From an uncultured Alphaproteobacteria bacterium (lineage in GTDB: Bacteria > Pseudomonadota > Alphaproteobacteria > Rhizobiales > Hyphomicrobiaceae), in the NCBI GenBank assembly GCA_963714325.1, contig CAVQOB010000006.1, positions 171,071-235,070 on the forward strand: a DNA stretch of 64,000 bases, written 5' to 3'. Positions within the stretch are counted from its first letter, which is position 1. Every line of letters starts with the position of its first letter. The position numbers were made by a program, and so were the translations under genes. The notes under the pieces are model-generated. The model did no database searches. It saw only the letters and a program-made list of their open reading frames with translations, and was not told the DNA's origin. Positions 9,264 to 19,744 of this stretch are shown one piece after another.

Positions 9264-10145
9264 TCAGTTCTTACGGACGGCCAGGGCAACGCCTGCTACC
9301 GTCATAGCCATACCGCAAAGTTGGATGGGCGCAAGGATTTCACCAAATAGTGCCCATGCCTGCAATGCGGTCGCAGGGGGCACGAGATAAATCAGTGCGG
9401 CTGCGCGCGCGACGGCGCCTTCACGGATCAACATCATGAACAAGGCGACGGCGCCGATGGAGAGCGCGATCACCGACCAGGCCATGGTTGCTGCGGATAC
9501 GAGATTGATCTCGAAGCGCATCGGCTCCAGCAGAATGGCCATTGGCAGGATCGTCACCAGGGCGCCGAGGTATTGGATAAAGGTCATGGTGCGCAGATCG
9601 CCAGAGAGCACGAAGCGCTTCTGGTAGAAAACGCCGAGCGTCACCGACAGCATGCCGAGTGCATTGATGGCGAGAACGCCTTGCAAGCCGGCAAGGCTGT
9701 CCGATGCAGTGTCGACCAGCTTGGGCGCTAAGACCAGAAGGATGCCGGCAAAGCCCATGAATATCCCGAGCCATTGGCGGGTGGACACATGCTCGCGCAA
9801 GAGTATCGGTGCCAGTATCGCGGTCAGGATCGGCTGCAGAGCTGCGATGATGCCGGAGATGCCTGACGGAACGCCTTGAGCGATGGCCCACCAGACGGCG
9901 GCTAAGTAAAATGCGTTGATGAGGGCGCCGGCGACGAGCGAGTGTCCCCACGCCGCCGGCGTCGAGGGCCAGGGCGCGCGCCAGATGACGGCGATGGCCA
10001 GCAACACCAGCGCTGCTAGAGAGAAACGGATCAGCAGGAAGGTGAGCGGATCGGCGTGTGGAGCGGCGGCGCGGGCGGAGATCCAGCCCGTTGACCACAA
10101 GATTACGAACACGGCCGGCGCGAGCCTGAGTAAGGCGGGTGACAC
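9264..10145 (-). CDS. DMT family transporter (EamA-like)
   Basis: 293 aa, about ten hydrophobic helices, duplicated EamA-type architecture. Confidence 0.8.
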   Translation of the reverse strand: MSPALLRLAPAVFVILWSTGWISARAAAPHADPLTFLLIRFSLAALVLLAIAVIWRAPWPSTPAAWGHSLVAGALINAFYLAAVWWAIAQGVPSGISGIIAALQPILTAILAPILLREHVSTRQWLGIFMGFAGILLVLAPKLVDTASDSLAGLQGVLAINALGMLSVTLGVFYQKRFVLSGDLRTMTFIQYLGALVTILPMAILLEPMRFEINLVSAATMAWSVIALSIGAVALFMMLIREGAVARAAALIYLVPPATALQAWALFGEILAPIQLCGMAMTVAGVALAVRKN

Positions 10146-10160
10146 GATGTGATGTTGCCT

Positions 10161-11300
10161 TCAGGTGTTGGCGCCGAGGGCCTGCTCAAGGTCGGCGATG
10201 AGGTCGCCGATGTCTTCGATGCCGGTGGACAAGCGGAGCAGATCCGTTGGGCAGGGCGAGCCAGCGCCTTCTATGGAGGCGCGGTGCTCGATCAGGCTTT
10301 CGACGCCGCCGAATGAGGTTGCGCGCTTCCAGACCTTGACGTTAGCGGCGGCGCGGATGGCGGCGGATTCGCCGGCCTTGAGGCGGATCGACAGCATGCC
10401 ACCGAACCCGCCGGTCATCTGGCGGGCGGCAATGGCGTGGCCAGGATGGGTTTCGAGGCCGGGATAGAGGACGTCGACGATGCGCGGATCGCGGACGAAA
10501 TGGCGGGCGAGCTGCATCGCTGCTGCCGATTGATGCGCAACGCGTAACGGGAGCGTGCGCATGCCGCGGAGCAGCAGGGCAGCTTCGAACGGTCCGAGGA
10601 CGCCGCCGAGCATTTTGCGGACGCGGGCGGCGCGATCGAACAGGGCGTCGGCGCGGGCGAAGACGAGGGCGCCGGCGAGGACGTCCGAGTGGCCGTTGAG
10701 GTATTTGGTAGCGGCGTGCATGACGACGTCGGCGCCATGCGCGAGTGGGCGGGTGAGGATGGGTGTTGCGACGGTCGAGTCGACGGCGAGGATGGCGCCG
10801 ACGGCGTGTGCGATGTCCGCAGCGCCAGAGATATCGGTGATCGTCCAAAGCGGGTTGGCCGGCGTCTCCAGCCAGACCATTTTGGTTTGGCCAGGGCGAA
10901 TCGCGACTTTGATGTCAGCGAGGCTCGATGTGTCGACGAAGGTTGTTTCGAGGCCCAATGTGCGAGCGTCTTCGGCGAGCCAAAGTTTCAAAGCCCAATA
11001 CATCACTTTCGGGGCGACGATGTGTGCGGGGCGTTCGAGGGCCATGAACAACGATGTCGCGGCGGTCATGCCGGAGCCGGAGACGAGGCAGGCTGCGCCG
11101 CTCTCAAGCGCTTGCAGCACGCTTTCGCACTGGCGGACGGTGGCGTTGTCGGGGCGGCTGTAGACGTAACCTTTGCGATACTGATTGTCGGGGTCGCGGA
11201 TGAAAGTTGTCGCGACATGAATCGGCGGGACTACGGCGCCGGTTTCGTCGTCGATGATGCCGCCGGCCTGTGCGGCGATGGTGGCTGGCTTCAAGGTCAT
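10161..11300 (-). CDS. PLP-dependent trans-sulfuration family enzyme (cystathionine gamma-synthase/beta-lyase-like)
   Basis: AAQAGG...PPIHVATTF N-terminus and the PLP-lysine motif ATKYLNGHSDVLAG. Confidence 0.85.
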   Translation of the reverse strand: MTLKPATIAAQAGGIIDDETGAVVPPIHVATTFIRDPDNQYRKGYVYSRPDNATVRQCESVLQALESGAACLVSGSGMTAATSLFMALERPAHIVAPKVMYWALKLWLAEDARTLGLETTFVDTSSLADIKVAIRPGQTKMVWLETPANPLWTITDISGAADIAHAVGAILAVDSTVATPILTRPLAHGADVVMHAATKYLNGHSDVLAGALVFARADALFDRAARVRKMLGGVLGPFEAALLLRGMRTLPLRVAHQSAAAMQLARHFVRDPRIVDVLYPGLETHPGHAIAARQMTGGFGGMLSIRLKAGESAAIRAAANVKVWKRATSFGGVESLIEHRASIEGAGSPCPTDLLRLSTGIEDIGDLIADLEQALGANT

Positions 11301-11419
11301 GGCGGCGAGTTCTCTGATGATGGCGCGATGGTCGCCGATCCATAGCAGAGTTGTGCTGAGGGTGCGACCGGGTGCAATGCGGGCTTTTCTTTTCTGCAGT
11401 CCATCGGTATGTCGATGGC

Positions 11420-12247
11420 ATGGCCAAACGCACCATACTGATCACCGGATGCTCATCGGGGATAGGGCTCGCCTCGGCACGGATGCTGCGCGATCGCGGC
11501 TGGCGGGTGTTGGCGACCGCGCGCAAGCCGGCAGATCTGCAGCGGCTTGAGCGCGAGGAAAAGCTTGAATGCCTTTCGCTGGAGTTGTCGGATCAGGCTT
11601 CGATCGAGGCGTGCGCACGGGAAGCCCTGCAGCGCACCGGCGGGCAGCTGATGGCCTTGTTCAATAATGCGGCTTATGGCCAGATTGGCGCGGTCGAGGA
11701 TTTGACGGCGGACGTGTTGCGGCGGCAGATGGAAGTGAATTTCATCGGCACGCATGCGCTGACGCGGGCGGTCATTCCGGTGATGAGGGCGCAGGGCTAT
11801 GGCCGCATTGTCAATTGCTCGTCGGTGCTTGGATTGGTAACGGGGCCTTATCGCGGGGCGTATTCGGCGTCGAAGTTCGCGCTTGAGGGATTATCAGATG
11901 CGATGCGGCTGGAGTTACGGGGCACAGGGATTTTTGTGTCGCTGGTTGAACCGGGTCCGATTCGGACGCGATTCCTGGAGTCCGCAATTGAGCTTTTCAA
12001 GCGCAACATTGACATGGTGGCGTCGCCGCATCGCGTGGCCTACGCGAATCGTCTGAAAGCGATGGAAAGCGGGGGTAAGACGACGTTCAAGTTGGAGCCC
12101 GAGGCGGTGGCGCGCAAGGTCGTGCATGCGGTCGAGAGTCCGCGGCCGAAGATCCGCTATTTCGTGACAGTGCCAACGTATGTGGCGGCGCTTGCGAAAC
12201 GCGTGTTGCCGGATCGCGTGGCGGATATTGTGATTGCGAAGTTATAA
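11420..12247 (+). CDS. SDR family oxidoreductase
   Basis: MAKRTILITGCSSGIGLA contains the Rossmann TGxxxGIG motif, and YSASKFAL contains the catalytic YxxxK. The start is set at ATG 11420 inside track ORF 11372..12247. Confidence 0.85.
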   Translation: MAKRTILITGCSSGIGLASARMLRDRGWRVLATARKPADLQRLEREEKLECLSLELSDQASIEACAREALQRTGGQLMALFNNAAYGQIGAVEDLTADVLRRQMEVNFIGTHALTRAVIPVMRAQGYGRIVNCSSVLGLVTGPYRGAYSASKFALEGLSDAMRLELRGTGIFVSLVEPGPIRTRFLESAIELFKRNIDMVASPHRVAYANRLKAMESGGKTTFKLEPEAVARKVVHAVESPRPKIRYFVTVPTYVAALAKRVLPDRVADIVIAKL

Positions 12248-12448
12248 GTGTTGAGGACGCTGCGCGGAACAGCCAACGTCCATGCCGCTCTTGGACGCAT
12301 CGAGACATCTCCCAGCACGGCGTCCCGGCGAAAGTCATGACGACGGAAAGAGCACCGCTCTGTCGACAGACAACGGCGGCGGCTGATGTTGCTAAAGTCC
12401 TTTGCAGCCTCGGGCGCCAACCGCGCCTGCGCGGCACACGCGACAAGC

Positions 12449-12853
12449 CTACTTGCTCAATCGCAGCGACGCTGACGCCGAACTCGACGACAGCTGCACG
12501 CTCTGTGCATTGCCGCGCACGATGACCGAGATCGTGCCGGAAAGATTGTATTCGCTGTTGTGGAAGGTGCCGGAATAGCTGTTTTCGCCGACCTTGCGCA
12601 AAACCGCCGTCTGCGAAACCTTGGCCGATGCCGTCGCACACGTCGCATTCGCACTGTAGCTGGTGCTCGATCGCCGCGAGTACTGCACCCGGCAGCGCGC
12701 ATTTTCCTTGCCGCCTGAACCGAATACGACGGACCCGCCACCATTCCAGGCGCCGTCGAGCTCGATCGCAGATGCGGGCGAGGCGAAACCACAAACAGCC
12801 AAGGTCAAGACTGTGCTGGAGAAGAAACCTGCGCGGCGTGCAATGCTAAGCAT
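12449..12853 (-). CDS. secreted hypothetical protein
   Basis: 134-aa ORF with signal peptide ...LAVCGFASPASA and a Ser/Thr-rich beta-type mature region with Cys pairs. Confidence 0.5.
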   Translation of the reverse strand: MLSIARRAGFFSSTVLTLAVCGFASPASAIELDGAWNGGGSVVFGSGGKENARCRVQYSRRSSTSYSANATCATASAKVSQTAVLRKVGENSYSGTFHNSEYNLSGTISVIVRGNAQSVQLSSSSASASLRLSK

Positions 12854-13054
12854 CGAAAGCTCCTAAGGTTGAAAAACGCCTGGAACAACGCGCGAGACGA
12901 TACCCTGCGACAGTACAACTGTTCGCCGCCAATGCAATGGGTGTATAGCCCTTGCAGTGCAGCATATTCTGTCCGAGGCGTGGACCACTCGCGCGGTCAC
13001 CATCAACGCGAATAGAAACATGCTCTGCAACAACCGTATGACAGGGGAACGCGC

Positions 13055-13582
13055 ATGCGCATCGACGCCATCGCCATCGGCCATAACCCTCCCGAGGACG
13101 TGAATGTCATCATCGAAGTGCCGATCGGTGGCGAGCCGATCAAATACGAAATGGACAAAGCCGCCGGCACACTTGTTGTCGATCGCTTCCTGCACACCCC
13201 GATGCGCTATCCCGGCAACTACGGCTTCGTGCCCCACACCCTGTCCGACGATGGCGATCCGATCGACGTGCTCGTCGCCAACACCCGGCCGATCGTTCCC
13301 GGTGCCGTCATGAACGTGCGCCCGATCGGCGTTCTGAAAATGCAGGACGACGCCGGCGGCGACGAGAAAATCATCGCCGTTCCTTCGCCGAAACTGACCA
13401 AGCGCTATGAAAGCGTTCTGAACCACACCGATCTGCCACGCATCACCACCGAGCAGATCCAGCACTTCTTCGAGCACTACAAGGATCTCGAACCCGGCAA
13501 GTGGGTCAAGATGCTGGGCTGGGGCGACGCCGCCGAAGCCAAGCGCCTGATCATTGAAGCCATCGCGCGGGCGAAAAAATAG
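13055..13582 (+). CDS. ppa: inorganic pyrophosphatase
   Basis: Family I PPase motifs: [39 protein letters not shown]. Confidence 0.95.
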   Translation: MRIDAIAIGHNPPEDVNVIIEVPIGGEPIKYEMDKAAGTLVVDRFLHTPMRYPGNYGFVPHTLSDDGDPIDVLVANTRPIVPGAVMNVRPIGVLKMQDDAGGDEKIIAVPSPKLTKRYESVLNHTDLPRITTEQIQHFFEHYKDLEPGKWVKMLGWGDAAEAKRLIIEAIARAKK

Positions 13583-13688
13583 GCCGCTCGCTACGCGCTA
13601 CACGTCGCTGCCCACTCGGTCCGCTTTGCAATCGCCACCAATTGGCCCTAAGAAGCGGGCCAACACACACCGATCACCGGAGAGCGAT

Positions 13689-13799
13689 ATGCCGAAGATG
13701 TCCGACCAGCGCCGTAAAGCGATTCAGGCCAAGCAGCGCAAAGCCACCAACGCCAAGAGCCGCGCCGCCAAGGTTGCGAAGAAGAAGCGGAACGCCTGA
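13689..13799 (+). CDS. possible small basic protein (36 aa)
   Basis: ATG preceded by GGAGAG. High third-position GC. Sequence MPKMSDQRRKAIQAKQRKATNAKSRAAKVAKKKRNA. No recognisable family. Confidence 0.3.
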   Translation: MPKMSDQRRKAIQAKQRKATNAKSRAAKVAKKKRNA

Positions 13800-13883
13800 G
13801 GCTTGGATTACTACGAGTTGCGGCGGCACCAACTCCGGAACGTCGGGATCTCTGCTCCGACAATTCGTCGCCCGCTATTCGCC

Positions 13884-13912
13884 TTGACGACGCCCCACTT
13901 CTCGACGATAAC
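13884..13912 (+). promoter_or_regulatory. candidate sigma70-type promoter for rplU-rpmA
   Basis: TTGACG (13884-13889), 17-nt spacer, GATAAC (13907-13912), about 185 nt upstream of rplU. Confidence 0.25.
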
Positions 13913-14098
13913 ACGCTCCGTCGTGCGAAATCCGTAAGGGTTGCGTATGAACTCCGCTGTTTCATGGCTCCCCCCAGAAATGGGAGGCCGGTTTTCGGAT
14001 CGGCTGCCAAGTTCGCGCTGGATCTTTAGGATCCGATGCGACGCCTGAGAGACGCGAAAACAAGTGCCCTCGGCACATAAAACGCAAGGAATTCAACG

Positions 14099-14410
14099 AT
14101 GTACGCAGTCATCAAGACCGGCGGCAAGCAGTATCGGGTTGCAGCGAACGACACGCTGGAAATCGAGCGCATTGCTGGCGAAGCGGGTTCTAAAGTCGAG
14201 TTCAACGAAGTCCTCATGATTGCCGGAGAAGGTGCGCCGAAGGTTGGCAAGCCGTTCCTCAGTGGCGCTAAGGTCTCGGCTGAGATCGTCGAACAGAACC
14301 GCGGCCCGAAGGTTATCGCTTTCAAGAAGCGCCGCCGCAAGAATTCTCGCCGCAAGCGCGGCCACCGCCAGGAACTCTCGACGGTGAAGATCACAGGCAT
14401 TTCGGGCTAA
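14099..14410 (+). CDS. rplU: 50S ribosomal protein L21
   Basis: MYAVIKTGGKQYRV... is the canonical L21 N-terminus. Confidence 0.97.
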   Translation: MYAVIKTGGKQYRVAANDTLEIERIAGEAGSKVEFNEVLMIAGEGAPKVGKPFLSGAKVSAEIVEQNRGPKVIAFKKRRRKNSRRKRGHRQELSTVKITGISG

Positions 14411-14538
14411 GAACTCTTAGTCGAGACTGAACCCAACTCCGCGCGACGCCAGACCGGTTTGTCGTGCATCTCAATCGGAAACCTGCTCAGGTACCTTCCT
14501 CAGGCATTTTTCCGGACGCACTTTAGGGGACACCCACC

Positions 14539-14814
14539 ATGGCACAGAAAAAAGCGGGCGGCTCAACGCGTAACGGCCGCAACTCCAATCCTAAGATGCT
14601 CGGCGTCAAGCGCTATGGCGGGCAGCACGTGCTCGCCGGCAACATTCTCGTGCGTCAGCGCGGCACCAAGGTGCACGCCGGCACCAACGTTGGCATGGGT
14701 ACCGATCACACACTGTTCGCAAAACAAACCGGCGTCGTCTGCTTCGCGACAAAAGCCAATGGCCGCGTGTTCGTATCGATCCAGCCAAAACCGATGCTCG
14801 ACGCCGCCGAATAA
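14539..14814 (+). CDS. rpmA: 50S ribosomal protein L27
   Basis: [24 protein letters not shown]... is the canonical L27. Confidence 0.97.
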   Translation: MAQKKAGGSTRNGRNSNPKMLGVKRYGGQHVLAGNILVRQRGTKVHAGTNVGMGTDHTLFAKQTGVVCFATKANGRVFVSIQPKPMLDAAE

Positions 14815-14880
14815 CGCTCACGACCCAGCACCGGGGTCTGGGCGATGAGCCCGAACCCCGGACAGGATCCGGAATTTCGA

Positions 14881-14913
14881 GGGAGATGGTGCAAACCATC
14901 TCCCTATTTTATT
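14881..14913 (+). terminator. rho-independent terminator after rpmA
   Basis: Perfect 10-bp stem GGGAGATGGT / ACCATCTCCC with a GCAA loop, followed by TATTTTATT. Confidence 0.65.
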
Positions 14914-15024
14914 GCGCGTTCGGATGCCTTTTTTTCTGGCTCGTGCGCCTTATCCGAAAACTGCTGCACACTTTTCGGGGCGCACGAGCGGGCGTCTGAA
15001 GGCGCGGACGAAAGGAGATTTGCA

Positions 15025-15687
15025 ATGCTGTTCCCTGAGATTGCACGTGATGATGTTTTCATTTTGGGTTCGCAGCGGCTGTGGCTGCGCTGGCCGCGGC
15101 TCACCGATGCAACGACCTTCGCGGCGTTCGCTGGCGACAAAGCTGTCTCCGACATGACGGCGAGCTGGCCTTATCCGTTGCCCGACGGCGAGATCGTGAA
15201 GCGGATCGCTCAGTATCGGATTGCCAACCTCAATGGCAACGCGATGGTCTTCGTGCTGACGCCGTGGGATCAGCCGGATCGCGCCATCGGCATGGCCGGC
15301 GCCCACTTCAAAGACGCCAACGTCAACGAAGACAGCGATGCCTTCACGCTCGGCTACATGCTGCATCAGGATTTCTGGGGCCAAGGGCTGATGTCGGAAG
15401 CCGTCGGCGTCCTCGTCGACACCGCCTTCCGCCTGACCACTGCGACCGCCGCCATTGCTGGCGTGCGGCCGATCAATCCTGCCTCAAGCCAGATCTTGAA
15501 GAAGCACGGCTTCGAAAAAACCGGCCGCATCAGCATGGACGTGCCGGCCCGCGGCAAAAGTGAAGAGGTCGATCAATTCCGGCTGGAGCGGGGGCGATGG
15601 CGGCTCGCTCTGCCATGGAGCGTAAATCCTAAGTCGCGGAACAGCCACCAACTGAAGTTGCCGCGCCAGGAATGCCCAGCCTGCTGA
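15025..15687 (+). CDS. GNAT family N-acetyltransferase
   Basis: ATG at 15025 is preceded by AGGAG. It lies downstream of the rpmA terminator, which argues against the longer track ORF start at 14845. Motif FWGQGLMSEAV and C-terminal KHGFEKTG are typical of RimJ/RimL-like GNATs. Confidence 0.75.
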   Translation: MLFPEIARDDVFILGSQRLWLRWPRLTDATTFAAFAGDKAVSDMTASWPYPLPDGEIVKRIAQYRIANLNGNAMVFVLTPWDQPDRAIGMAGAHFKDANVNEDSDAFTLGYMLHQDFWGQGLMSEAVGVLVDTAFRLTTATAAIAGVRPINPASSQILKKHGFEKTGRISMDVPARGKSEEVDQFRLERGRWRLALPWSVNPKSRNSHQLKLPRQECPAC

Positions 15688-15929
15688 GAGAGATTAACAG
15701 CAGGACGGGCGCCAGCGCGCCCGTTCAGGGCCTGAAAAGCAACCCTGGCGTGCAACCGTGACGCGGAATGCCTCTAGATCGCATTTTAGCGAGGCTACGA
15801 TGGCGTCGGCGAAGTTCTGGCAGGGGGCTAGCCTGATTTTTCGCGGCTATTCCTTGGCCTCCAGAATGGCCGTGAAGAGATTAACTAGGTTTGAGCGATT
15901 CTGAACGAGAATCCAAGGCGGAAAGTGCC

Positions 15930-16484
15930 ATGATCACGATTGTGACTGAACGGCTACATCTCCGCCCATCCGGCGTCACAGACGCGGCAGCCCTCTATCC
16001 ACTGTTCGCCGATCCAGCCGTCATCCGCTGGCTATCGGCCCCACCCCTGCCCTATCGGCCCGAGGATATGCTCGCCTTTCTGCAACGTGTCCAGACGCCG
16101 GACAATCCCGACCGCGAAACCTTCCTGGTTATCGAACGGCAAGGCACGCCCATCGGCGGTATTTCCTGGCGTATGCGCGAAGCCAGTCATCTTCAGGCTG
16201 GCGCCGGGCCGAATATCGGCTATTGGCTGGGGCGGCAATTCTGGGGACAAGGCTTGATGCCCGAAGCTGTCCGTCACCTCATTCGCCATCTCTTTACCGC
16301 CGCCGACGTGGATGCGGTATATTCTGGCGCCTTCGTCGGCAACGCAGCCTCGCGCCGTGTCCAGACCAAGCTCGGCTTTGAGCGGACCGGCATCACGCGG
16401 GCTCGATCCAACCCGCAGAACGCTGATCTGCCGCACATCAATACGCGTCTTCTGCGCACCCAATTCGAGGCCACCGCGTCATGA
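15930..16484 (+). CDS. GNAT family N-acetyltransferase
   Basis: TERLHLRP start motif, [19 protein letters not shown]. The stop overlaps the obg start (ATGA). Confidence 0.8.
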   Translation: MITIVTERLHLRPSGVTDAAALYPLFADPAVIRWLSAPPLPYRPEDMLAFLQRVQTPDNPDRETFLVIERQGTPIGGISWRMREASHLQAGAGPNIGYWLGRQFWGQGLMPEAVRHLIRHLFTAADVDAVYSGAFVGNAASRRVQTKLGFERTGITRARSNPQNADLPHINTRLLRTQFEATAS

Positions 16485-17548
16485 AGTTTCTCGATACCGC
16501 CAAAATCTACATCCGCTCCGGCAGTGGCGGTAACGGCTGCGTCTCGTTCCGTCGCGAGAAGGATATCGAATACGGCGGTCCTAACGGCGGTAACGGCGGA
16601 CGCGGCGGCGACGTCATCATCACCTGCGTCGACAATCTCAACACGCTGATCGACTACCGCTACCAACAGCACTTCTTCGCCAAAAACGGCCAGGCCGGCA
16701 TGGGCCAGGAGCGCTCCGGCAGCCATGGCGACGACATTGTCATCAAAGTTCCGCCGGGCACCGAGGTCTACGCCGAGGACGAGGAAACAAAGATCGGCGA
16801 ATTGCTCAAGGTCGGCGACAAACTCATCATCGCGGAAGGTGGTAATGGCGGCTTCGGCAACGCCCACTTCAAGGGCCCGACCAACCGCGCGCCCCGCCAC
16901 GCCAACCCCGGTCTGCCCGGCGTCGAGATGACTATCTGGCTGCGCTTGAAGTTGATCGCCGATGCGGCCCTGGTCGGCCTGCCGAACGCTGGTAAGTCGA
17001 CGTTCCTGGCGACCGTCTCGCGCGCCAAGCCGAAGATCGCCGGCTATCCGTTCACGACGCTGCATCCCGGCCTCGGCGTCGTCAAAGTCGGCGATGTTGA
17101 TTTCGTCTTGGCCGATCTGCCCGGCTTGATCGAGGGCGCGCACGAAGGCGCCGGCCTCGGCGACCGTTTTCTCGGCCACATCGAGCGGTGCCGTGTGATC
17201 CTGCATCTCGTCGACGCGACCGAGGAAGACGTCGCCGGCGCCTACAAGACCATTCGTGGCGAATTGAAAGCCTACGGTCACGACCTCGCGAAGAAGAAAG
17301 AGATCGTCGCGCTGACCAAGTGTGATGCGCTGGATGCGGAGACGATCGCGGAGCGGGTCGAGCAATTGAAGGCCGCGTCGCGGAAAAAGCCGTTCGTGAT
17401 TTCCGCGGTCGCCGGAATCGGCATGAAGGACGTGCTGTTCGCCCTGACAAAGGAAATCACCCGCGCCACGCCGAAGACCGAAGATGATTCCGACGATGAT
17501 GATACACCGACTGATCGTCCGGGCGGATGGGAGCCGCTCAATCGATAG
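16481..17548 (+). CDS. obg: GTPase Obg/CgtA
   Basis: [27 protein letters not shown] with a glycine-rich Obg fold, then G-domain motifs GLPNAGKST and DLPGLIEGA. Confidence 0.95.
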   Translation: MKFLDTAKIYIRSGSGGNGCVSFRREKDIEYGGPNGGNGGRGGDVIITCVDNLNTLIDYRYQQHFFAKNGQAGMGQERSGSHGDDIVIKVPPGTEVYAEDEETKIGELLKVGDKLIIAEGGNGGFGNAHFKGPTNRAPRHANPGLPGVEMTIWLRLKLIADAALVGLPNAGKSTFLATVSRAKPKIAGYPFTTLHPGLGVVKVGDVDFVLADLPGLIEGAHEGAGLGDRFLGHIERCRVILHLVDATEEDVAGAYKTIRGELKAYGHDLAKKKEIVALTKCDALDAETIAERVEQLKAASRKKPFVISAVAGIGMKDVLFALTKEITRATPKTEDDSDDDDTPTDRPGGWEPLNR

Positions 17549-17651
17549 GGGTTACCCCATGAGTTCCGAGAGCCGCAGAAATGGATATCTTCACAGCCGT
17601 CAGAGCCGCAAAGCAAAGCATTGCAACCTCGGCATCGCCACTCCCTCCGTT

Positions 17652-17794
17652 GTCATCCTCGGGTAAGCGCAGCGCACATGCCCTTGGGCTCGTCCCGAGG
17701 GTCTCGAGGACCCATTGTTCAACGATCTCGAACGTCAGTTGTGCTGCACAATGGGTCCCCGGCACGCGGCCTATCGGCCTTGGCCGAGGATGAC
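17652..17794. repeat. REP/MITE-like nested-hairpin element (copy A)
   Basis: 11-bp perfect terminal inverted repeat GTCATCCTCGG / CCGAGGATGAC, plus an inner 11-bp perfect stem GGACCCATTGT / ACAATGGGTCC. It is intergenic, just downstream of obg. Confidence 0.6.
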
Positions 17795-17895
17795 AGTGTT
17801 GATGTTGAAACACCGAAACCTAATTTGTCCTGGATTGGCGAACGAGATATGCGCAACAGTGCGTAAGATGGTTTGACATCGCAGTGAGTGCACGA

Positions 17896-18411
17896 ATGAC
17901 CGAGGCGAAGAAGAGCATTGTTCAACAATTGACCGGCCGGCTGCGTGTCTATCCGATCGCGAAATCTCGCCAACCCGCCGAAAATTTTGATATTTTTCGC
18001 ACTATTGTTCTCCCATATGCCGTTGGAGCGGTTTTAGTAATCTGCGCTGCTGGCGGTGATATGTATCGTGGCATCCGCGCCGCCTTCATTCTTCGGGATG
18101 CGATCCAGATCGATGCAACGATCGTCGATGCTCGATTGCAACGAGACACGCGTCTCATTTACGCCTATTCGCCACCCGGTTTTACAAAGCCAATTGCAAT
18201 CACAACAACAGATTTGACACGTGAGGCCGTTCTTAACGCACTGGGGAAAGGCAAAATAGTGGTCCATTATTCACGCCGTTTTCCTGAAATGAGTGTCATC
18301 GATCCGCTGCCAATCGTCCGGCGTGCGTCAATTGTCGGGACCATTGCCGCAGCACTTTCGGCATTCGTATTGGCGATTGCTTATCTGCGATTCAGACACC
18401 GAAAAAAGTGA
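17896..18411 (+). CDS. DUF3592-like membrane protein, hypothetical
   Basis: TM helix (IVLPYAVGAVLVICAAG), a beta-type middle region ending GKGKIVVHYSRRFPEMSVI, then a second TM helix (IVGTIAAALSAFVLAIAYL). Visibly AT-richer than its flanks. The track ORF starts at GTG 17884. Confidence 0.5.
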   Translation: MTEAKKSIVQQLTGRLRVYPIAKSRQPAENFDIFRTIVLPYAVGAVLVICAAGGDMYRGIRAAFILRDAIQIDATIVDARLQRDTRLIYAYSPPGFTKPIAITTTDLTREAVLNALGKGKIVVHYSRRFPEMSVIDPLPIVRRASIVGTIAAALSAFVLAIAYLRFRHRKK

Positions 18412-18576
18412 CTGTGAGCGCCGAAACGTTCAAGTTGAAATGGCAAGATCGTCAGTATGACTCAAGACCCGGCGCGTCCTGAGCCCTCACCATGGGGTGG
18501 GGCGTGCTGCTCGGGATTATTGCGATTGGCAATGCATGGAATCGGAATACTCGGGACATCAACATTTGGAAGCTGC

Positions 18577-19719
18577 ATGACGAACACAAAATCAAATCCC
18601 CGCCCTGAATGGGCCGCCGCTCGCCGCATTGTCGTCAAGATCGGATCGGCGTTGCTGGTGGATCGGGGTAGCGGGCAGCTCAGGACGGCGTGGCTGGAAT
18701 CGCTGGCCGACGATGTCGCGGCATTGGCGGCTGCGGGCAAGCAGGTTGTGCTGGTGTCATCTGGCGCCATTGCGCTTGGGCGGCATTTGATTCATCTGCC
18801 GAAGGGCGCGCTCGAGCTTGAGCAGAGCCAGGCGGCGGCGGCGGTCGGGCAAATTGGATTGGCGAGTGCCTATCAGGATCAGTTTCGTGCGCGCGGGTTG
18901 ACGGTTGCGCAAATCCTGCTGACGCTCGGCGATACGGAGGAGCGGCGGCGCTATCTCAATGCGCGGCGGACCATCGACACGCTGCTCGCCCACAAGGCGA
19001 TCCCCGTCGTCAACGAGAACGATACGGTGGCGACGACGGAAATCCGCTACGGCGACAACGATCGCCTCTCCGCCCGCGTCGCCTCGATGATCAGCGCCGA
19101 TTGCCTCGTGCTGCTCTCCGACATCGACGGGCTATATACAGCCCCGCCGGGCACGAATCCGAACGCCAAACACATTCCGGAAGTCCGGCACATCACGCCG
19201 GAGATCGAAGCGATGGCGGGCGATGCCGGGTCCGAGCTCTCGCGCGGCGGCATGAAAACCAAGGTTGAAGCCGGCAAGATCGCGCTCGCGTCGGGCACCA
19301 ACATGGTGATTGCGTCGGGCAAGGTCATGCACCCGCTGCGCGCGATCGCCGAGGGCTCGCTGTGCACGTGGTTCCTCGCCTCCAGCGATCCGGTCTCCTC
19401 ACGCAAGCGCTGGATCGCTGGCCAATTGGAACCGGCAGGCTTCATCGAGATCGATGCGGGGGCTGAGAAAGCATTGACGCAGGGACGCAGCTTGCTGCCG
19501 GCCGGCGTCAAACGCGTCGGCGGGGATTTTGATCGCGGTGACGCTGTGATCATCCGCTCCGTTGATGGCCGCGAACTCGGCCGCGGGCTCACCGCCTATG
19601 CCAAATTCGACGCCGAAAAAATCGCCGGCAAGAAATCATCCGAGATCGCAGTCCTGCTCGGGTACGCCGGCCGCGCCGAGTTGATCCACCGCGATGACAT
19701 GGCGCTGACGCGAGGCTGA
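18577..19719 (+). CDS. proB: glutamate 5-kinase
   Basis: [15 protein letters not shown]..., [11 protein letters not shown], and a C-terminal PUA-like region. The start is set at ATG 18577 (380 aa) inside the track ORF. Confidence 0.93.
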   Translation: MTNTKSNPRPEWAAARRIVVKIGSALLVDRGSGQLRTAWLESLADDVAALAAAGKQVVLVSSGAIALGRHLIHLPKGALELEQSQAAAAVGQIGLASAYQDQFRARGLTVAQILLTLGDTEERRRYLNARRTIDTLLAHKAIPVVNENDTVATTEIRYGDNDRLSARVASMISADCLVLLSDIDGLYTAPPGTNPNAKHIPEVRHITPEIEAMAGDAGSELSRGGMKTKVEAGKIALASGTNMVIASGKVMHPLRAIAEGSLCTWFLASSDPVSSRKRWIAGQLEPAGFIEIDAGAEKALTQGRSLLPAGVKRVGGDFDRGDAVIIRSVDGRELGRGLTAYAKFDAEKIAGKKSSEIAVLLGYAGRAELIHRDDMALTRG

Positions 19720-19744
19720 CACTCTCGACATGTCATTACTCGAT

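Noticed and set aside
11301-11419. SAM-type riboswitch upstream of the trans-sulfuration enzyme gene, and a cobalamin or Ni/Co riboswitch in the 5916-6008 spacer
   Set aside because: No recognisable conserved cores were seen, and the 93-nt metal-gene spacer is too short for a cobalamin riboswitch.
16274-17365. 363-aa minus-strand ORF
   Set aside because: It is antisense to obg with no family resemblance. It is a high-GC artefact.
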